This document shows positions 34,592 to 47,769 of a stretch of DNA of 64,000 nucleotides, one piece after another. The translations under genes were made by a program, and so were the position numbers. Source of the DNA: Antechinus flavipes. Taxonomy: Eukaryota. The DNA lies in NCBI RefSeq assembly GCF_016432865.1, contig NC_067401.1, forward strand, positions 133,982,001 through 134,046,000, written 5' to 3'. Every line of letters begins with the position of its first letter. Within the stretch, counting starts at the first letter, position 1. Below the pieces are notes generated by a model. The model saw only the letters and a list, made by a program, of their open reading frames with translations, was not told the DNA's origin and did no database searches.

Positions 34592-35530
34592 ATGATTGTG
34601 TACTCAATGCAGCCGTGGCTGAGATGCAACGGAATGTGGATCAATTCTCTGCCACTTGTGCTAACTTTAGCCTGACAACACCAAGAAAACAGGTTTTTTC
34701 TACTAGACAGTGCCAATCCATCTATACCTGTAACCACTGGTGATAGCAAATGGAGAAAATTTGAAAACTGTGGATAAGTTTAGTTATACTGGCATTTACT
34801 TTCCAGATGATGAGGTTGTGCATACATTGCCAAAGCTTGTGCAGTGTTTGGGAGGCAGGAGAGAAGTAGTATTAGATTGTCTACCAGTCTGAAGATTTAC
34901 AGGACTGTTGTGCTGACCTCAGTGTTGAATGGCTATGAAACCTGTACAGTCTACAGTGCCATGCCAGGAAATCGAACCTCTTCCATTTACATTGTCTTAA
35001 GAATCACCTGGCAAGATAAGGTACTGAAAGCTGAGCTGCCAAACATTCAAACCATGCCAAAAACCCTGCTGTAATTTATTCCTGTTTATTGCATTTTATT
35101 ATTTCTTATGTGCTAGCCTTGTTGTTCAAATGCCAAATACACATTTGCCTAAACAGCTATTTTGCAGAAAATTCATAAAAAAGGCAAGGGCTCAGAAGGC
35201 CAGAAGAAGTGGTACAAGGATACCCTCAAGATCTCTTTGAACAACTCTGGAATTGATTGGGAGACATGGGAGACACTGGCATAGGACCATCCAGCATGAT
35301 GTGTCCACAACAAAGAAAGAATATTATAAGGCAAACAGAATTGCAGTAATTCAAAAGAAATGTGATGTACAAATTTAGAGCCATCTTCATTCCAAATGTT
35401 CATATAGACTAGATGTGCTTGACCTGTAGTAGAGCCTTCTGAACTCATATTGGTCTGACCAGCCACAATTGAATACACTGGAGATTGACTCTGACATAAT
35501 GATGTCATTTTGGTCCTTTTCAAGTACAAG
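34592..35530 (+). mobile_element. Degraded RTE-clade LINE, 3' part
   Basis: RT C-terminal remnants (KIYRTVVLTSVLNGYETCTVY...RITWQDKV) and an RTE-type 3' end (GTCATTTTGGTCCTTTTCAAG). Confidence 0.75.
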
Positions 35531-36204
35531 GATCACTATTATTATGTGCCAAGCATTGTGCAAAGCTCAGACTCAGCTATGCCCAGATTAGTCTAAGGGT
35601 ATATAGGGCTAAGCAAAAACAAAACAGACAAAAAAAACTCAATTTGAAATGACTACCTCTGACTCAAGATCCGGCATTTATAATTGGTCATCATGGCATA
35701 CATATTTGACATGTCCCATAGGGAGATCATTACATGTTCTTCCAAACCAACTCTCTCTTATGATTTTGTTTTATTCTTTATTTCAATATTCTTCCAATTT
35801 CAACTTTTTAATCCTGAAATCTTGGATTCATTCAGTTAGCCCCTAAGCTCTACATTTTAGACCTTAATTCCCTCAATCTTAAATTATTTTAATAACTTCT
35901 TAATTCTTCTCTGTTTTTCTAGGTTCTTTATCTTATATACTCTGCCAGAATAATTTTGCTAAAACAGAGACAGTGTCCTGTAGAGAAAAAAACTTGTCAG
36001 ATTTAGGAGCTGCACTTGAATTCTGATTCTACTACTTTTTACTTGTGTGATCTTAGGCAAGTCACTTAAAGCCTGCAGAGCTTCAGTTTCCTTACTTTCA
36101 AGTGACACTGTAGGGAACATTATGATCACTGTTTGGCCCTATTCAGTTCTCAGGAACTTAGACATATATATATTAATCAAGTGCTCAGCCATATTTTAAA
36201 AATC

Positions 36205-37072
36205 ATTTAAAATTTATTTTTAACATTATTTTTTTTTAAAAATAGCCTTTTATTTTCAAAATATATGCAAAGATGGTTTTTAAGATTCACTATTGCAAAA
36301 TCTTGTGATCTAAAATTTTTTCCTTCTCTTCCCTCTAGCCCTCCCCTAGACGGGAAATAATCCAATATATGTTTAAAAAAAAGTATCATGCTGCATGAGA
36401 AAAATCAGATCAAAAAGGAAAAAATGAGAAAGAAAAAAAGCAAGTAAATAACAACAAAAAAGATGAAAATACTATGTTGTGATCCACATTCAGTCCCCAC
36501 AGTCCTCTTTCTGGATGTATAACACTCTCTCCATCACAAGTCTATTGGATTAGCCTGAAATCACCTCATTATTGAAGAGTCAAGCCCATCAGAATTAGTC
36601 ATCACATAATCTTGTTGTGTACAATGATCTCCTGATTCTCATTTCACTTAGCATCAGTTCATTTAGGTCTCCCCAGGTCTCTCTAAAATCATCCTGCTGA
36701 TTGGATGTTTCATCAGAACAATAATATTCCATAACATTCACATACCATAACTTATTCAGCTATTCTTCAACTGATGGGCATCCACTCAGTTTCCAGTTTC
36801 TGGCCACTATGAAAAGGGCTGCCACAAACATTTTTGCCCCTTTCCCTCCTTTAAGATCTCTTTGCAATATAAGCCCAGTAGTAACACTGCTGGATCAAAG
36901 GGTATGCACAGTTTCATAACTTTATCAATATAGTTCCAAACTGCTCTCATTATGGCTGGATCCATTCACAATTCTACCAACAATGTATTTATGTCCCAGT
37001 TTTCCCACATCCCCTCCCACATTTATCATCTTTTTCTGTCATCTTAGCCAATCTGAGGGGTGTGTAGTTAGC
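36205..37072 (-). mobile_element. Older L1 3' fragment
   Basis: Similar to the ORF2-end and 3'UTR text of the other L1 copies. Confidence 0.8.
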
Positions 37073-38699
37073 CAAACTCATAAAACAGCTACGTGGCTCA
37101 GTGGATGGAGTGCTGGGCCTGGAGCAAGAAAGATTTGAGTTCAAATCTAACCTCAATTTACTAGCTATGTGGGCATGTTACTTGATTTCTCTTTGTTTCA
37201 GTTTCCTCAACTATAAAATGGGGATAATACCACCTATCTCCCAAAGTTCTTGTGAGGACCAAGTGATACACTTGTAAAGTGCTTAGCACAGTGCCTGACA
37301 CATAGTAGGTCCTTCGTAAATGCTTATTCCCTTTCCCTTTCTGCTTTGGAGTAGCTTCCACATTTCCTGTGCCAATCTCTGGCATTTAGAGAGGCTGACT
37401 CCCCCCCATGCTTTTATTGTTCCCCTTTGTGGGAGGGTCACTATTCTCATGAGTGTGTCCAGATTTATGGTAAGAGTTCCATTTGTCACAAGGATGAACA
37501 GGGGAATTCCTGATGTATTAGGCAGGGACCTTTTCCATGGAATTAAATGTATGCTCTTACCCCTTGCTGGGATGATACAGCAACTCCTGATTGATCCTCT
37601 AGTAACTAATTGGTTGCATCAAAGATGGATGATTGGCAACAGGGCTTTGGAAGGTATGGATTCTGGTGGAGGAACCTCTGGCACTCTTTAAGAAGGGATA
37701 GGGATTATAGCTATCATTTCATTAAAATAGAGAAGTCCCAGGAAAGGAAGCTTTCTCTACCAATGCAAGTTGGTACTTTTTTCCCCCTGTAATTTAGAGT
37801 CTCAGATCAGGAGTTAAGCTTTTCTGATATCATGAACTCCTTTGGCAGTATGATGATGTCTATGGATTTCACAGAATAATTTTCTTTTTATAATCTCTAT
37901 CCAAAGCCAACTGTTATGGGAGTTCTTCAGAATTAATCAAGGCCCAGAATCATTCTCATTTGAGGCTCCCATGCAACTGTGGGTATCCACCACCTATGTC
38001 AATAGCCCACTATCCATCTTATTAGTTCTTCCAGCTCTTTCTTTTAGGTTGCTAGGTAGTGAAGTAGATAGAGCACCACTTCTGGAGTTAGGAAGATTTG
38101 AGTTCAAATTTGACCTCAGATACCTACTCACTGTGTGACTCCGGGCAAGTCACTTAACCTTATTTTCCTCAGTTTCCTCATCTGTAAAATGAACTGAAAG
38201 AAGAAAATGGAAAATCACTCCTGGATCTCTGCTAAGAAAACTTTAAATGGGGTCACAAAAAGTTGGACATGATTGAACAACAACAAAGTTATTCCCATTG
38301 CCTCACTGTCTCCTTAAAAAAGACATATTTGTGTAAAAGTTTTACTTAAAATAGTAGATATGAATCACACAACTACTTGTGCTCCTCAGCAGTGCTTGTC
38401 CCGAAAACTTTAGATAAGTGGGGCACGGTTGCTTATCCTCAAAACTTCATGATATGTGTGGAGGTAGGTGATTACTTTATTTATCCATTCACTCATTCAA
38501 GCAATATCTCTTTCCTATCTTTAATAATTCCTTATAGCCTAAAGATTAACATCCAGATTCCCCAGTTTTGCATTCAATGTTCTCAATATTCTGCCCATAA
38601 CCTACCTTTCCAATTTCATCTCCCATTTCTCCTTTATATAAATTCTGTTCTAGCTAAACTGGTCTCCTCTGGTCTGATCACATCTGAAGCATTGTTTAA

Positions 38700-39040
38700 G
38701 GAGGACAGTGGTAAACTGGACCACATCCAGAAGATGTAGAAAGGTAATAACTTTATGTAAGTATTTCATAATACTTACATATAATACATAATACTTACAT
38801 TTGAAGAAGGATTAGGCTTTAATCTCTTTGTCTCCAGAGGGAAAGAGCTTAGGGCAGAAGTTACAAAGAGGAAAATTTAGGCTTGATGTCAGGAAAAAAT
38901 AATCTAATAACTAGAGCAGTTCCAAAGTAAAATATGCTGCCTCAGGGAGTGAGGTCTTTTCTCCCTTGATGGCATTCTTTATGCAAACATCAGGTGACCA
39001 ATTAATGTATATTTATCATATCTTCTTAAGGGGAATTCCT
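38700..39040 (+). mobile_element. CR1/L3 LINE fragment
   Basis: Resembles the CR1 3' end (AGGAAAATTTAGGCTTGATGTCAGGAAAA...). Recognition by eye only. Confidence 0.55.
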
Positions 39041-40250
39041 TTCAGGTTAAAATATTCCTGAGGTCCTTAACAATTCTAGATTCCTGATTTCTTGTTTTTC
39101 CTTGAACATACCTTGTCTTTTCCCTAGTGTATCTCTCTTTTCATCTTGTTTTCCTTCCCCTTTCCTGTTTTGCCATCTCCCTAAATCCAGAATGACTTCC
39201 AGTGATGGCTGAGAGCCCATCCCTGGGGAGCCTTCCAATATTTTATATTCCATATGATAGCTGACCTGTAAGACCCAGGTGGCTCCCCTTCAGTCGCTGC
39301 AACACAATATTACTTGGCAGTTCCTCAGCCCTCTGAGACTGATTATGTTTATATGATTCCAGGTTCCTCCAGGCTCCTGCCTCCCAGGAGTCTCTGGGAA
39401 CACTGCCCTGGCCCTATTTCCTTTGCTACCCCAAAATAGCCCACAACAGGGACAAATCCCATAGATTAGAAGGTGGAAGGGAGGGAAAAAAGGAGTAATA
39501 GCCTGCCCAACATGCTTGTCAAGTTAGGGCTTTTTTCATTCCCTGTGCCTCTTTCTACATCCCCAAAACCCCCACTCCTTCTCTGCTCTTCTGGCAGAGT
39601 TATTCAATACCCCTTTGTCTATTCATCTGTCTCTCCTTTTTGTTTGTCCAATCTATATGCTTGGAGCTTCCCCAACAGAAATATTATCTCCTTGCTATTA
39701 TTACAATTGTTTCTGAGATGACCCTTATAAATTGGGGGGATGAAAGTATCCCCATGAAAGACCAGAGAACAGGGTTAGGCTTTCCCTCATTCTTTATTTC
39801 CCTGAGGAAAGGGATTTTATATTCCTCAGGTTTTCTAGTTCTTATTTGGGGAAATATTTGACTGCTTATGTATTTATTATTATTCTGTTAATAAATAGTG
39901 CTTTTTATACTGTTCTCTATGTCTTTGTTGTCTTTGGCCACCAGGCTCCAGAAAGCAGAGAATTCATCTTCCTTCCTTGGTCTTGGAGTTCCTCAGGGCA
40001 GAGAAGGTCTATGAAATGCACTTTGTATGGGGTCTGGCCCAGTTCATGGCCAGACAAAGTGTTTAATAAGAGTGTAATACTGAGGAGGAGGAGGAGGAGG
40101 AAAAGGAGGTGGAAGAGGAAGGGAAATATGATGTCTAAATAGTTACTGAACAGGGATTGGATCTGTGGGTTTTGGTTTTTACTAGAAATTCAAAAAAGAG
40201 GAGACTCCCTTTACCGATGAAAGTCAACAGTTCTCTACAATTTAAAATAT

Positions 40251-41126
40251 TAGAGCATTAGGTTTGTGTCATGATCCCTTCTGATACCCTGATAAAATCT
40301 ATGAACCTCTTATCAGAATGATGTTTTAATACAGAATGATAAAATACACAGGGCCACAAAGAAAACCACTTATACCAAAATATAATTATGAAGATATGTA
40401 TTTTTTAAGTTACTGGACTCCAGATTAAGAATCCCTATTTTATGTTTGTGGCAGCCCTTTTAGTAGTGGCTAGAAACTGGAAATTGAATGGGTGCCCATC
40501 AATTGGAGAATGGCTGAATAAATTGTGGTATATGAATAGTTATGGAATATTATTCTTCCATAAGAAATGACCAGCAGGATGATTTCAGAAAGGCCTGGAG
40601 AGACTTACATGAATTGATGCTGAGTGAAATGAGCAGGACCAGGAGATCATTATATACTTCAACAACAATCCTATATGATGATCAATTCTGATGGACGTAG
40701 CTCTCTTCAACAATGAGATGAACCAAATCAGTTCCATTTGTTCAATAATGAAAAGAGCCAGCTACATCAGCGAAAGAACACTGAAAAATGAGTGTGAACC
40801 ACTACATAGCATTTCCACTCTCTTTGTTTTTGTCCATTTGCATTTTTGATTTCCTTCTCAGGTTAATTTAACCTTATTTCTAAGTCCAATTTTTCTTGTG
40901 CAGCAAAATAACTGTATGGATATGTATACATATATTGTATTTAACATATACTTTAACATATTTAACATGTATTGGTCTACCTGCCATCTAGGGGAGGGGG
41001 TGGAGGGAAGGAGGAGAAAAGTTGGAACAGAAGGTTTTGCAAGGGTCAATGCTGAGAAATTACCCATGCATATATCTTGTAAATAAAAAGCTATAATAAA
41101 AAAATTGGGAAAAAAAAGAATCTCTG
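40251..41126 (+). mobile_element. hAT MITE (~40251-40436) with an L1 3' fragment (40437-41115) inserted in its right TIR
   Basis: TSD AAGAATC(C/T)CT at 40427-40436 and 41116-41125; L1 ORF2 end and polyA between them. Confidence 0.75.
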
Positions 41127-44100
41127 CTTTAGAGAGTTGCCCATAGAACTGAGAAGTTGCATGACTTGCCAGGGTCACACTCATCAGAATGTGCAAGAAG
41201 AAAGAAATAAACCAGGTCTGCCTGGTTCTGAGGTTGCTTTCTACCTCTAGTGAAGGCAGCTATAAAGTACAGAAAAAGACCTATCTAATGATTTTGAGAA
41301 ATGTGCTGTCGTGGTAGGAAATATCAAGATGATCCTAGGATAAATTATGAGGAGCTGGCCAAGTAAGAGGCAGCAAGTATTACAATTTCTGCAGCTTTCA
41401 TGTGACTGCATTCATGAAACCTTCCTCTATGTTATGGAGTCAAGGTATCCAATTTGGGTTCCTGTCACTCCAAAAAACCTTTTTCTGCTTGTGACTTCTT
41501 TTTACCTGAAATTTTTATGGACCCCAGTTTTATAAAATAGGTAATAGAAATCAAACATTTAAAAGTCATAAAAAAAAGTCATAATTTCATGACCTCTTAT
41601 TCAGTTACAAGACCCTATATTGGGTCATGAACTGCAATATAAGAATCTGGGATCTGGAGGAGAAGATGGAAGATTAGACATAAGAGTAAACAATGAAAAG
41701 GAACTGGGATTGGTTAGTCTAGGAAAAGTGACTTGAGAAGTCCTTATAAGTAATGGAGAACTTGAAGGAAAGGAACCACTAGGCAATTACTTTCTATATT
41801 CTTCAAAAGCCTGAGCAGTAAAAAATTTTAAAAATCAAAACAAGACAGGTTAAAAGACTCGAAGAACTCTGACTATGGTCATTATGATATCTTGGAAGGT
41901 GCAGCCTAATTACATTTTCTAGACTCAATAGTGTTCCTAGAGACCACAGACAGCTCTCTGCCATGAAATAAGTATCATGTTTCTTGAGCCCAACCCTCGA
42001 TCTGAAGGTTGGATCAGGGCATTCTTCTGTTACTGTTTAAGAAGATAGGCTTCAACATCAAATAACCAAATAAACATGTTTAGCCAAGATTGAAGGCCCA
42101 TAGGCCTAAAGGAACCTTCCTGGGAAATTCCCTTGAAAGCTTCTGTGAAGCTCAAGGACACATGAGACTTAGAACTAAAGGGCTTGTATTTCGAGATGAT
42201 AGAGCAGTCTCTTTTTTTGGCTACTGAGCAGGAAGAATCAGTGATTCTGGATCTTTAAAAGAGAAAGGCCATTTCTTAGCTGTTTTCTTCCAGAAGCAAA
42301 TCATGGAAGAACTATTCTAACCTCTCCTGTGTGGAGGTGGGGAGAGAACACCTTTTCTCCCCAATCTTTAGCAAAGTGGCAGATGACTTCACAGGAGCCA
42401 GAGCTCAACTAGGTTAGAGTTAAGCTCTCTGGCTGTCTCTTCCATTTTCTATATTATTTTGGTTTTTGGTTTTTGTTTACTAGAATAGTGATTCTGAGAT
42501 GGATGTGTATAGCTTGGAGGCAGCCTAAGTCAGGAGATTTTGGATCTCTGAGTAGTGACAGAGGGAGTTTCTGAATCAGAGAAAAGTAAGAAGAAGAAGA
42601 TGAGATCTTAAAGCCCTGGTCTGGTTTGCTAGAAAATGTACTTTCAGGGAATTGTTTGAGCTATATAAAGCAGAAGTGAAATACAATAATGCCTATTTAG
42701 CAATTCCAAAAATCACTAAATGTTCAGATGTTTTAAGTTTCAATCTTCTAGTACAAGTCAGTCAATAAACATTTATTAACTGCCTACTAAGTGTCAGGTA
42801 CTGCAATAAATCCTGACACATAGTAGGCACTTAATACAGTGTTGGGGATACAGAAAAAGGCAAAAGGAAAGATAGTTTCCCTGAGCTGCACACAATCACG
42901 GAGAACCAGACATGACGAAACAATTAAAGCCAATGATTTTTTCTCAGTTCTGAATCCTGCTTAACTTCTCTGCAGTTTTTCATATTCTTGACCATTCCCT
43001 CCTTTCAGACACTCTTTTCTTTAGGCTATTATGACATTATACTTTCCTCATTCTTTTCTTATCTGTGGGGCCTTTCCTTTCCAGTCTCCCTTTTTTGCTG
43101 GATTTGCATCTACATCTTATCCACTTTGTATAGGTTTAGTTGTATGCTGAATAAATATCTGATAACTAGTTCTCTGGGAAAAAAAAAAAAAGAGAGAGAT
43201 ACCAACACACTTTAGAGTTTAAACTGAATGATTAACATTTTATATATAACTTTTTAAATTGATAGAAATCAGCAAAACAACAAAGCCCTGATTTGTAACT
43301 GCTGACTTTCAAACAATTGAGCTCTTCCTTATAACTGGCTCCAGTATACACAACCAGATTTACCCTGGAGTTTTATTTTGTCCCAAGTCCACCTCCTCTC
43401 TCTCTTCTTGGATTCAGTTGTCTGAATTATAAAAACCAGTTTAGATAGTCAGATCTGTTTAATTCCACCCTTCACTTCCATTCCTCTGGAACCTTAAGAA
43501 ACAGGAAACTATTTGGGGTTTGCTACAACCCAGAGTTACACCTGAAATGCTTTCAATGCTTTCAACTCCTCAACTCTGCCTAATAGAATTCCTAGTTTCC
43601 TTCGAAACAGCTCGGGACCACCTCCTATTGTTCAGTTGATTCAGTAATATCTGACCCCATTTCAGTTTTCTTGCCAAAGACACTGGAGTGATTTGCCATT
43701 TCCTTCTCCAGCTCATTTTGCAGAAGAGGAAACTGAGGCACCAGAATTAAGAGATTTACCCGACACAGCTAGTAAATATCTAAGGCTAGACTTGACCTGT
43801 CTCCTGGCACACTATCCATTATACCATCGAGGTGCCCCAATCACTTCCTATAGAAAGCATTTATTGATTCCTGAAAGTATTAATGTTCTCTCTTCATCAA
43901 TAATGTCCTCTCTTCATCTTCCTAAAACTGTATTTTTAATGTAAATATTTTGTATGTATTTATCTATATTTTGGGTCCTGCCCCCTTTTCAGTTTTTCCA
44001 GTAAACTCCTTGAGGACAGGGATTTAAATTTTTTTTCTCTCTATAATTCCAATCCATAGCACCATCCCTGACATATCAAATTGTGATTTCATACATACAT

Positions 44101-44892
44101 AAAATGTGACTTCATTGTGCGATCATGGGTCAACAGCTAGGTGTTGGAGTGTATAACGACCAGCCATGGCGCCAAGAGGACCTGAGGTCAAATATGGCCT
44201 CAGGCACTTATTGGTTGTGATCTTGGCCAAGTCACTTAATTCTTTAGAGATTATTGAATAAGGGGGTGACATGTGTTCTTTAGGAAGGTCACTGATTGCT
44301 GAGTGGAGAGAGAAATGAATTCCATCATTATATGTATGATTTTAGGTTATCTATGCCTGTCTATATGTATATGTGTATGTACATATACATATATATGTGT
44401 ATATGCATTTTAAATTCACACTCACCCACCCACACATATATTCGTGTTTAATTGTGCTTTGGTTTGTAGGTGCTAAGCCTACAAAGAAACAAAGATGGTC
44501 AATTCTGAACACAATGTATTTTATCATTATATATGCATTCATGAAATAGAAAGTTACTGTTGCAAAAATATGCTTATTTTATTTGTAATTGTACCACAAG
44601 GTTAGTTGATGCTTTGGATCAGGGAGGGAGCCTGAAATCTGAAATCTTTGGCTCCCAGCCTGCTTCCTTTGTAATGAGGTGAATCCTTTGGATGCCTCAT
44701 TATCTGGGCTGGCCCATTACCTATTAGAGTGTGCATTGCCGCCCCTGATTACGTGGGATGAAGGAGATTCAGCTCTTCCTCAGGTCTGGAGCTGTAGCAG
44801 ATCTTGGGAATAAATAATCTAAACCTTTCCTCTCACACAGGAGGAAATGGGGGAAGTGACTTGTCCAGGGTCACATGGACATTCAAGATAAC

Positions 44893-45068
44893 CTGGGGTC
44901 CTCAAACTACGCCCGGGGGCCAGATGCAGCAGCTGAGGACGTTTATCCCCCTCACCCAGGGCTATGAAGTTTCTTTATTTAAAGGCCCACAAAACAAAGT
45001 TTTTGTTTTTACTATAGTCCGGCCCTCCAACAGTCTGAGGGACAGTGAACTGGCCCCCTATTTAAAAA
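44893..45068 (+). mobile_element. Non-autonomous hAT element resembling OC1/OposCharlie1
   Basis: Starts C(T)GGGGTCCTCAAACTAC and ends CTATAGTCCGGCCCTCCAACAGTCTGAGGGACAGTGAACTGGCCCCCTATTTAAAA; the right TIR is missing. The family call is from memory of OC1 termini. Confidence 0.6.
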
Positions 45069-45399
45069 TCCTATTCCACTTTAATCTCCTTAGTCTATTA
45101 TTTTTGTGACCTTGGGCAATCAGTTCCCCTGTCTAGGTCTTGATTTTCATGGAGAGAATATTATCGGAGGATGAGTTGAAGTAATACCATGAAAACATTG
45201 GGGGAAAAAAACATTTTTCTTGGGATTATTTAGGTTTTACATCTCGAAAGAGAGTTTCAATGGTACCGTAAATGAACCTGCCGTTCCGGAGGCAGATCTT
45301 CAGGTGAGAGTGACTGGAGGAGGGGAGGAAGAGGGGAAGAAAGAGAATTACTATTGGGTCAAGGTGTGATTTCGTGGAAAGACTGCCTGATAGGATGAA

Positions 45400-45611
45400 G
45401 AACTACAATTCCCAGGAGGCCACGGGTCGGGCGCCTTCCGATGACGTCACAGGAGTCGCGGGCAGCTGACGCGCCAAACTCTGCCAGCGGGGTTGCCTGC
45501 TGTCGCTCTTATTGCTGTCGCCGCAGGTAGTTACTACTGTTCCAAGAAGACACGGCCCCCGGCCACTTCCAGTCCGCCGCCCTGGGCTCCTCGACCGTCT
45601 GGCCCTGAGTG
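45400..45611 (+). promoter_or_regulatory. ORMDL3: ORMDL3 CpG-rich promoter and non-coding first exon
   Basis: Densest CpG segment in the window. ZNF143/SBS motif ACTACAATTCCCAGGAGGC at 45402-45420, full CRE TGACGTCA at 45442-45449, ETS-like CTTCC sites, donors after 45526 (GTAGTT) and 45611 (GTAAGG). Confidence 0.8.
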
Positions 45612-45734
45612 GTAAGGTGAAGCTGGGTAGGGGTTGGAGGGGGCTGGAAGGCTAGGGGCAGTTGCTTGAGAAAGAGCTGGGGTGCCTGGGGTCCGGGTTG
45701 GGGGGAGCAGAACTTCAGCTCGAAGATGGGGCAG

Positions 45735-46300
45735 GATGTGTGTGCGCATGTTCAAGATGGGGAGGTCAGGCCAAAAGGGGTTCAGTGGAGGGGAGCCAAA
45801 GTGGCAATTTGGAGGAGGGGGTGTGCGCATGTGCAACAGGGGGGTCAAAAGGGGAGGGTCAGAGGAGGGGTACGCGCATGTGCAAAGAGGGTCAAGAGGG
45901 GGACTGTCAGGGAGGGGTCGGGGAGAGAAAGCGCTCCTGTGTAAAGGGAATAAAAGATGGGGAGGGGTGTGTGCGCATGTGTAAGAGGTCAGAAATGGAG
46001 CATATATGTGTAAAGCGAGGTCAGAAAAGAGGGGTGGGGGTGAGGGATGAGAAAGGGGCATGTGTTATGTGTAAGTGAGATCAGAGCAGGGGCGTGCGCT
46101 GTCCGAGAGAGTGTGGGGAGGGGGGCGTGGACATGGGGGGAGGTCGGAAGAATCGGCAAGAGAGTATGCGCATGTGTAAGAGGCAGGAGGGGGGCGTGTG
46201 TATGTGTAAAGCGACGTCAAAGTAGAGGGATGGGGGCTGAGGTGAGGGGGTGTTATGTGTCAGAGGAGGGGTATGTCCACGTGTTAAGGGGGGGCTTAGA
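45735..46300 (+). repeat. Degenerate G-rich minisatellite with GCGCATGTG cores in ORMDL3 intron 1
   Basis: GCGCATGT at 45744, 45825, 45874, 45973 and 46168, plus decayed units. Confidence 0.7.
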
Positions 46301-47769
46301 AGAGAGGGTGTCGGGGAAGGCGCAGTGCGATTGTGTGTCTCGCGGGGTTGAGAGAGAGAGGATGGGGAAGGAGGTTGTGGACTAGTTTTGTGCAAGGGCC
46401 TGAGGAGGGGGGCGTTGTCAAGGTTGAAGGCCTTATAAATATGTGTATAAGGGGTTCGGGTGAAGACCAAGGGGAGAGGGCTTAACAAAGGCGTGCTTTT
46501 GAGGAGTCATTAGGATGGACTTGTGCTTGGGACAGGTGATTGGGGAGAATCGAAGAGAAAGCTTTTGGGGATGGAATGGTTTGCTCCTGTACACTTGTGA
46601 TTGGAGAGAGGGAAGGAGGGATCAGCTGCGTGGGGCGGCGTGCCTGTGTATATAGGTGGGATGTCTGGGGGGGGTGCCTCGGGGCTCGGCCGCATGGTCG
46701 GGGGGGGAGATGCGCGCTGAAACCTGCGTGGGACTGAGAGGAGGTAGCATGGTGAGGGAGCGGGCTGTTTGGGATCAGGATGAGAGCGGCAGTTAGCGTG
46801 GACTGAGGGAGTGCTTGGAGTTTGGAAGGAAGCGGCGGAGTTGTATCTTTGTGGCGGGGAGGTCCTAGCTCAGAAGTCCCTAGTTTTAGTTGAAAACTCC
46901 TCCTTCTTGTCTCGCCCTCTCTCTGCCCAACTCCTCCCCCTACCTCTAGCTGTGTACTGAAGCAGCTGTTTCCTAGTCTGAGAGGAACGGCCTCTAAGGT
47001 GAGTTGAAGAGGGGACTCGAGAGACAGGGCAAAGGGTAAAACCGAGGGGAGGAGGGTTAGTTACTTGGAGAGGAGTCACATTTCCTCGCTTGGGTGGCAA
47101 GGAAAGGGTCTGAATTTTTCCCTCAAAGAGTAGTTTTAAAGGTTGCTTCCATCTCAGCTGCTCTAGGGGTATGTGGAGGCAGTGTGTGTAGAGGGAGAGG
47201 GCTGCAAAGGTTGGGGCATTCTTGTGTGATTCCTGACCATAGGCATCTCACTCTGGTGTCAGGTTGGTGTCCAGCAAGAAAAAGATTTGTGTTCTGGGAA
47301 GAGTGGTTTGGCAAGGGAATTGGTTAACAAAATCCTCCAGGCTGTAGTCTGGCACAGATCAGGTTATGAAATCAAAATGAAGGAGCCACGGACACTAGAA
47401 CTTTTCAGCCCCAGCTGCGGGAACGGGGCAGGGGAATTCTCTGCAGACTCACTGCAGGATTTCTTTTCACACTAATTCTTATAAACCCTCCTGGCTGGTG
47501 GTCTCTAGGAGTAGTCGGACTATAGGAATGGGAAACATTATTAGACTTATTACATTTTTTTAACAGCAGGTCTGCATAAGGTCCTCTTCTTGTCTGTCTG
47601 TTCCTCTGTTCATTTTCTCCCCTGGGATTTCTGGTGGTTTCTGCTCTCCCATATCTGTTACCTACATTTGAGAATTTCATTGAATTATTCAACCTGGATT
47701 AAACTGGGAACTGTGTAACAGCTGTGATGAGAGGCATTACTACTATTTTTTTCTTCTTCTCCCCCTGCT

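Noticed and set aside
44747-44756. GATTACGTGG as a UPR or hypoxia element for ORMDL3
   Set aside because: A short imperfect match expected by chance, with no supporting evidence.
45534-46737. Overlapping 90-175 aa ORFs in ORMDL3 intron 1
   Set aside because: Caused by the G-rich minisatellite, which is depleted of stop codons; no homology recognised.
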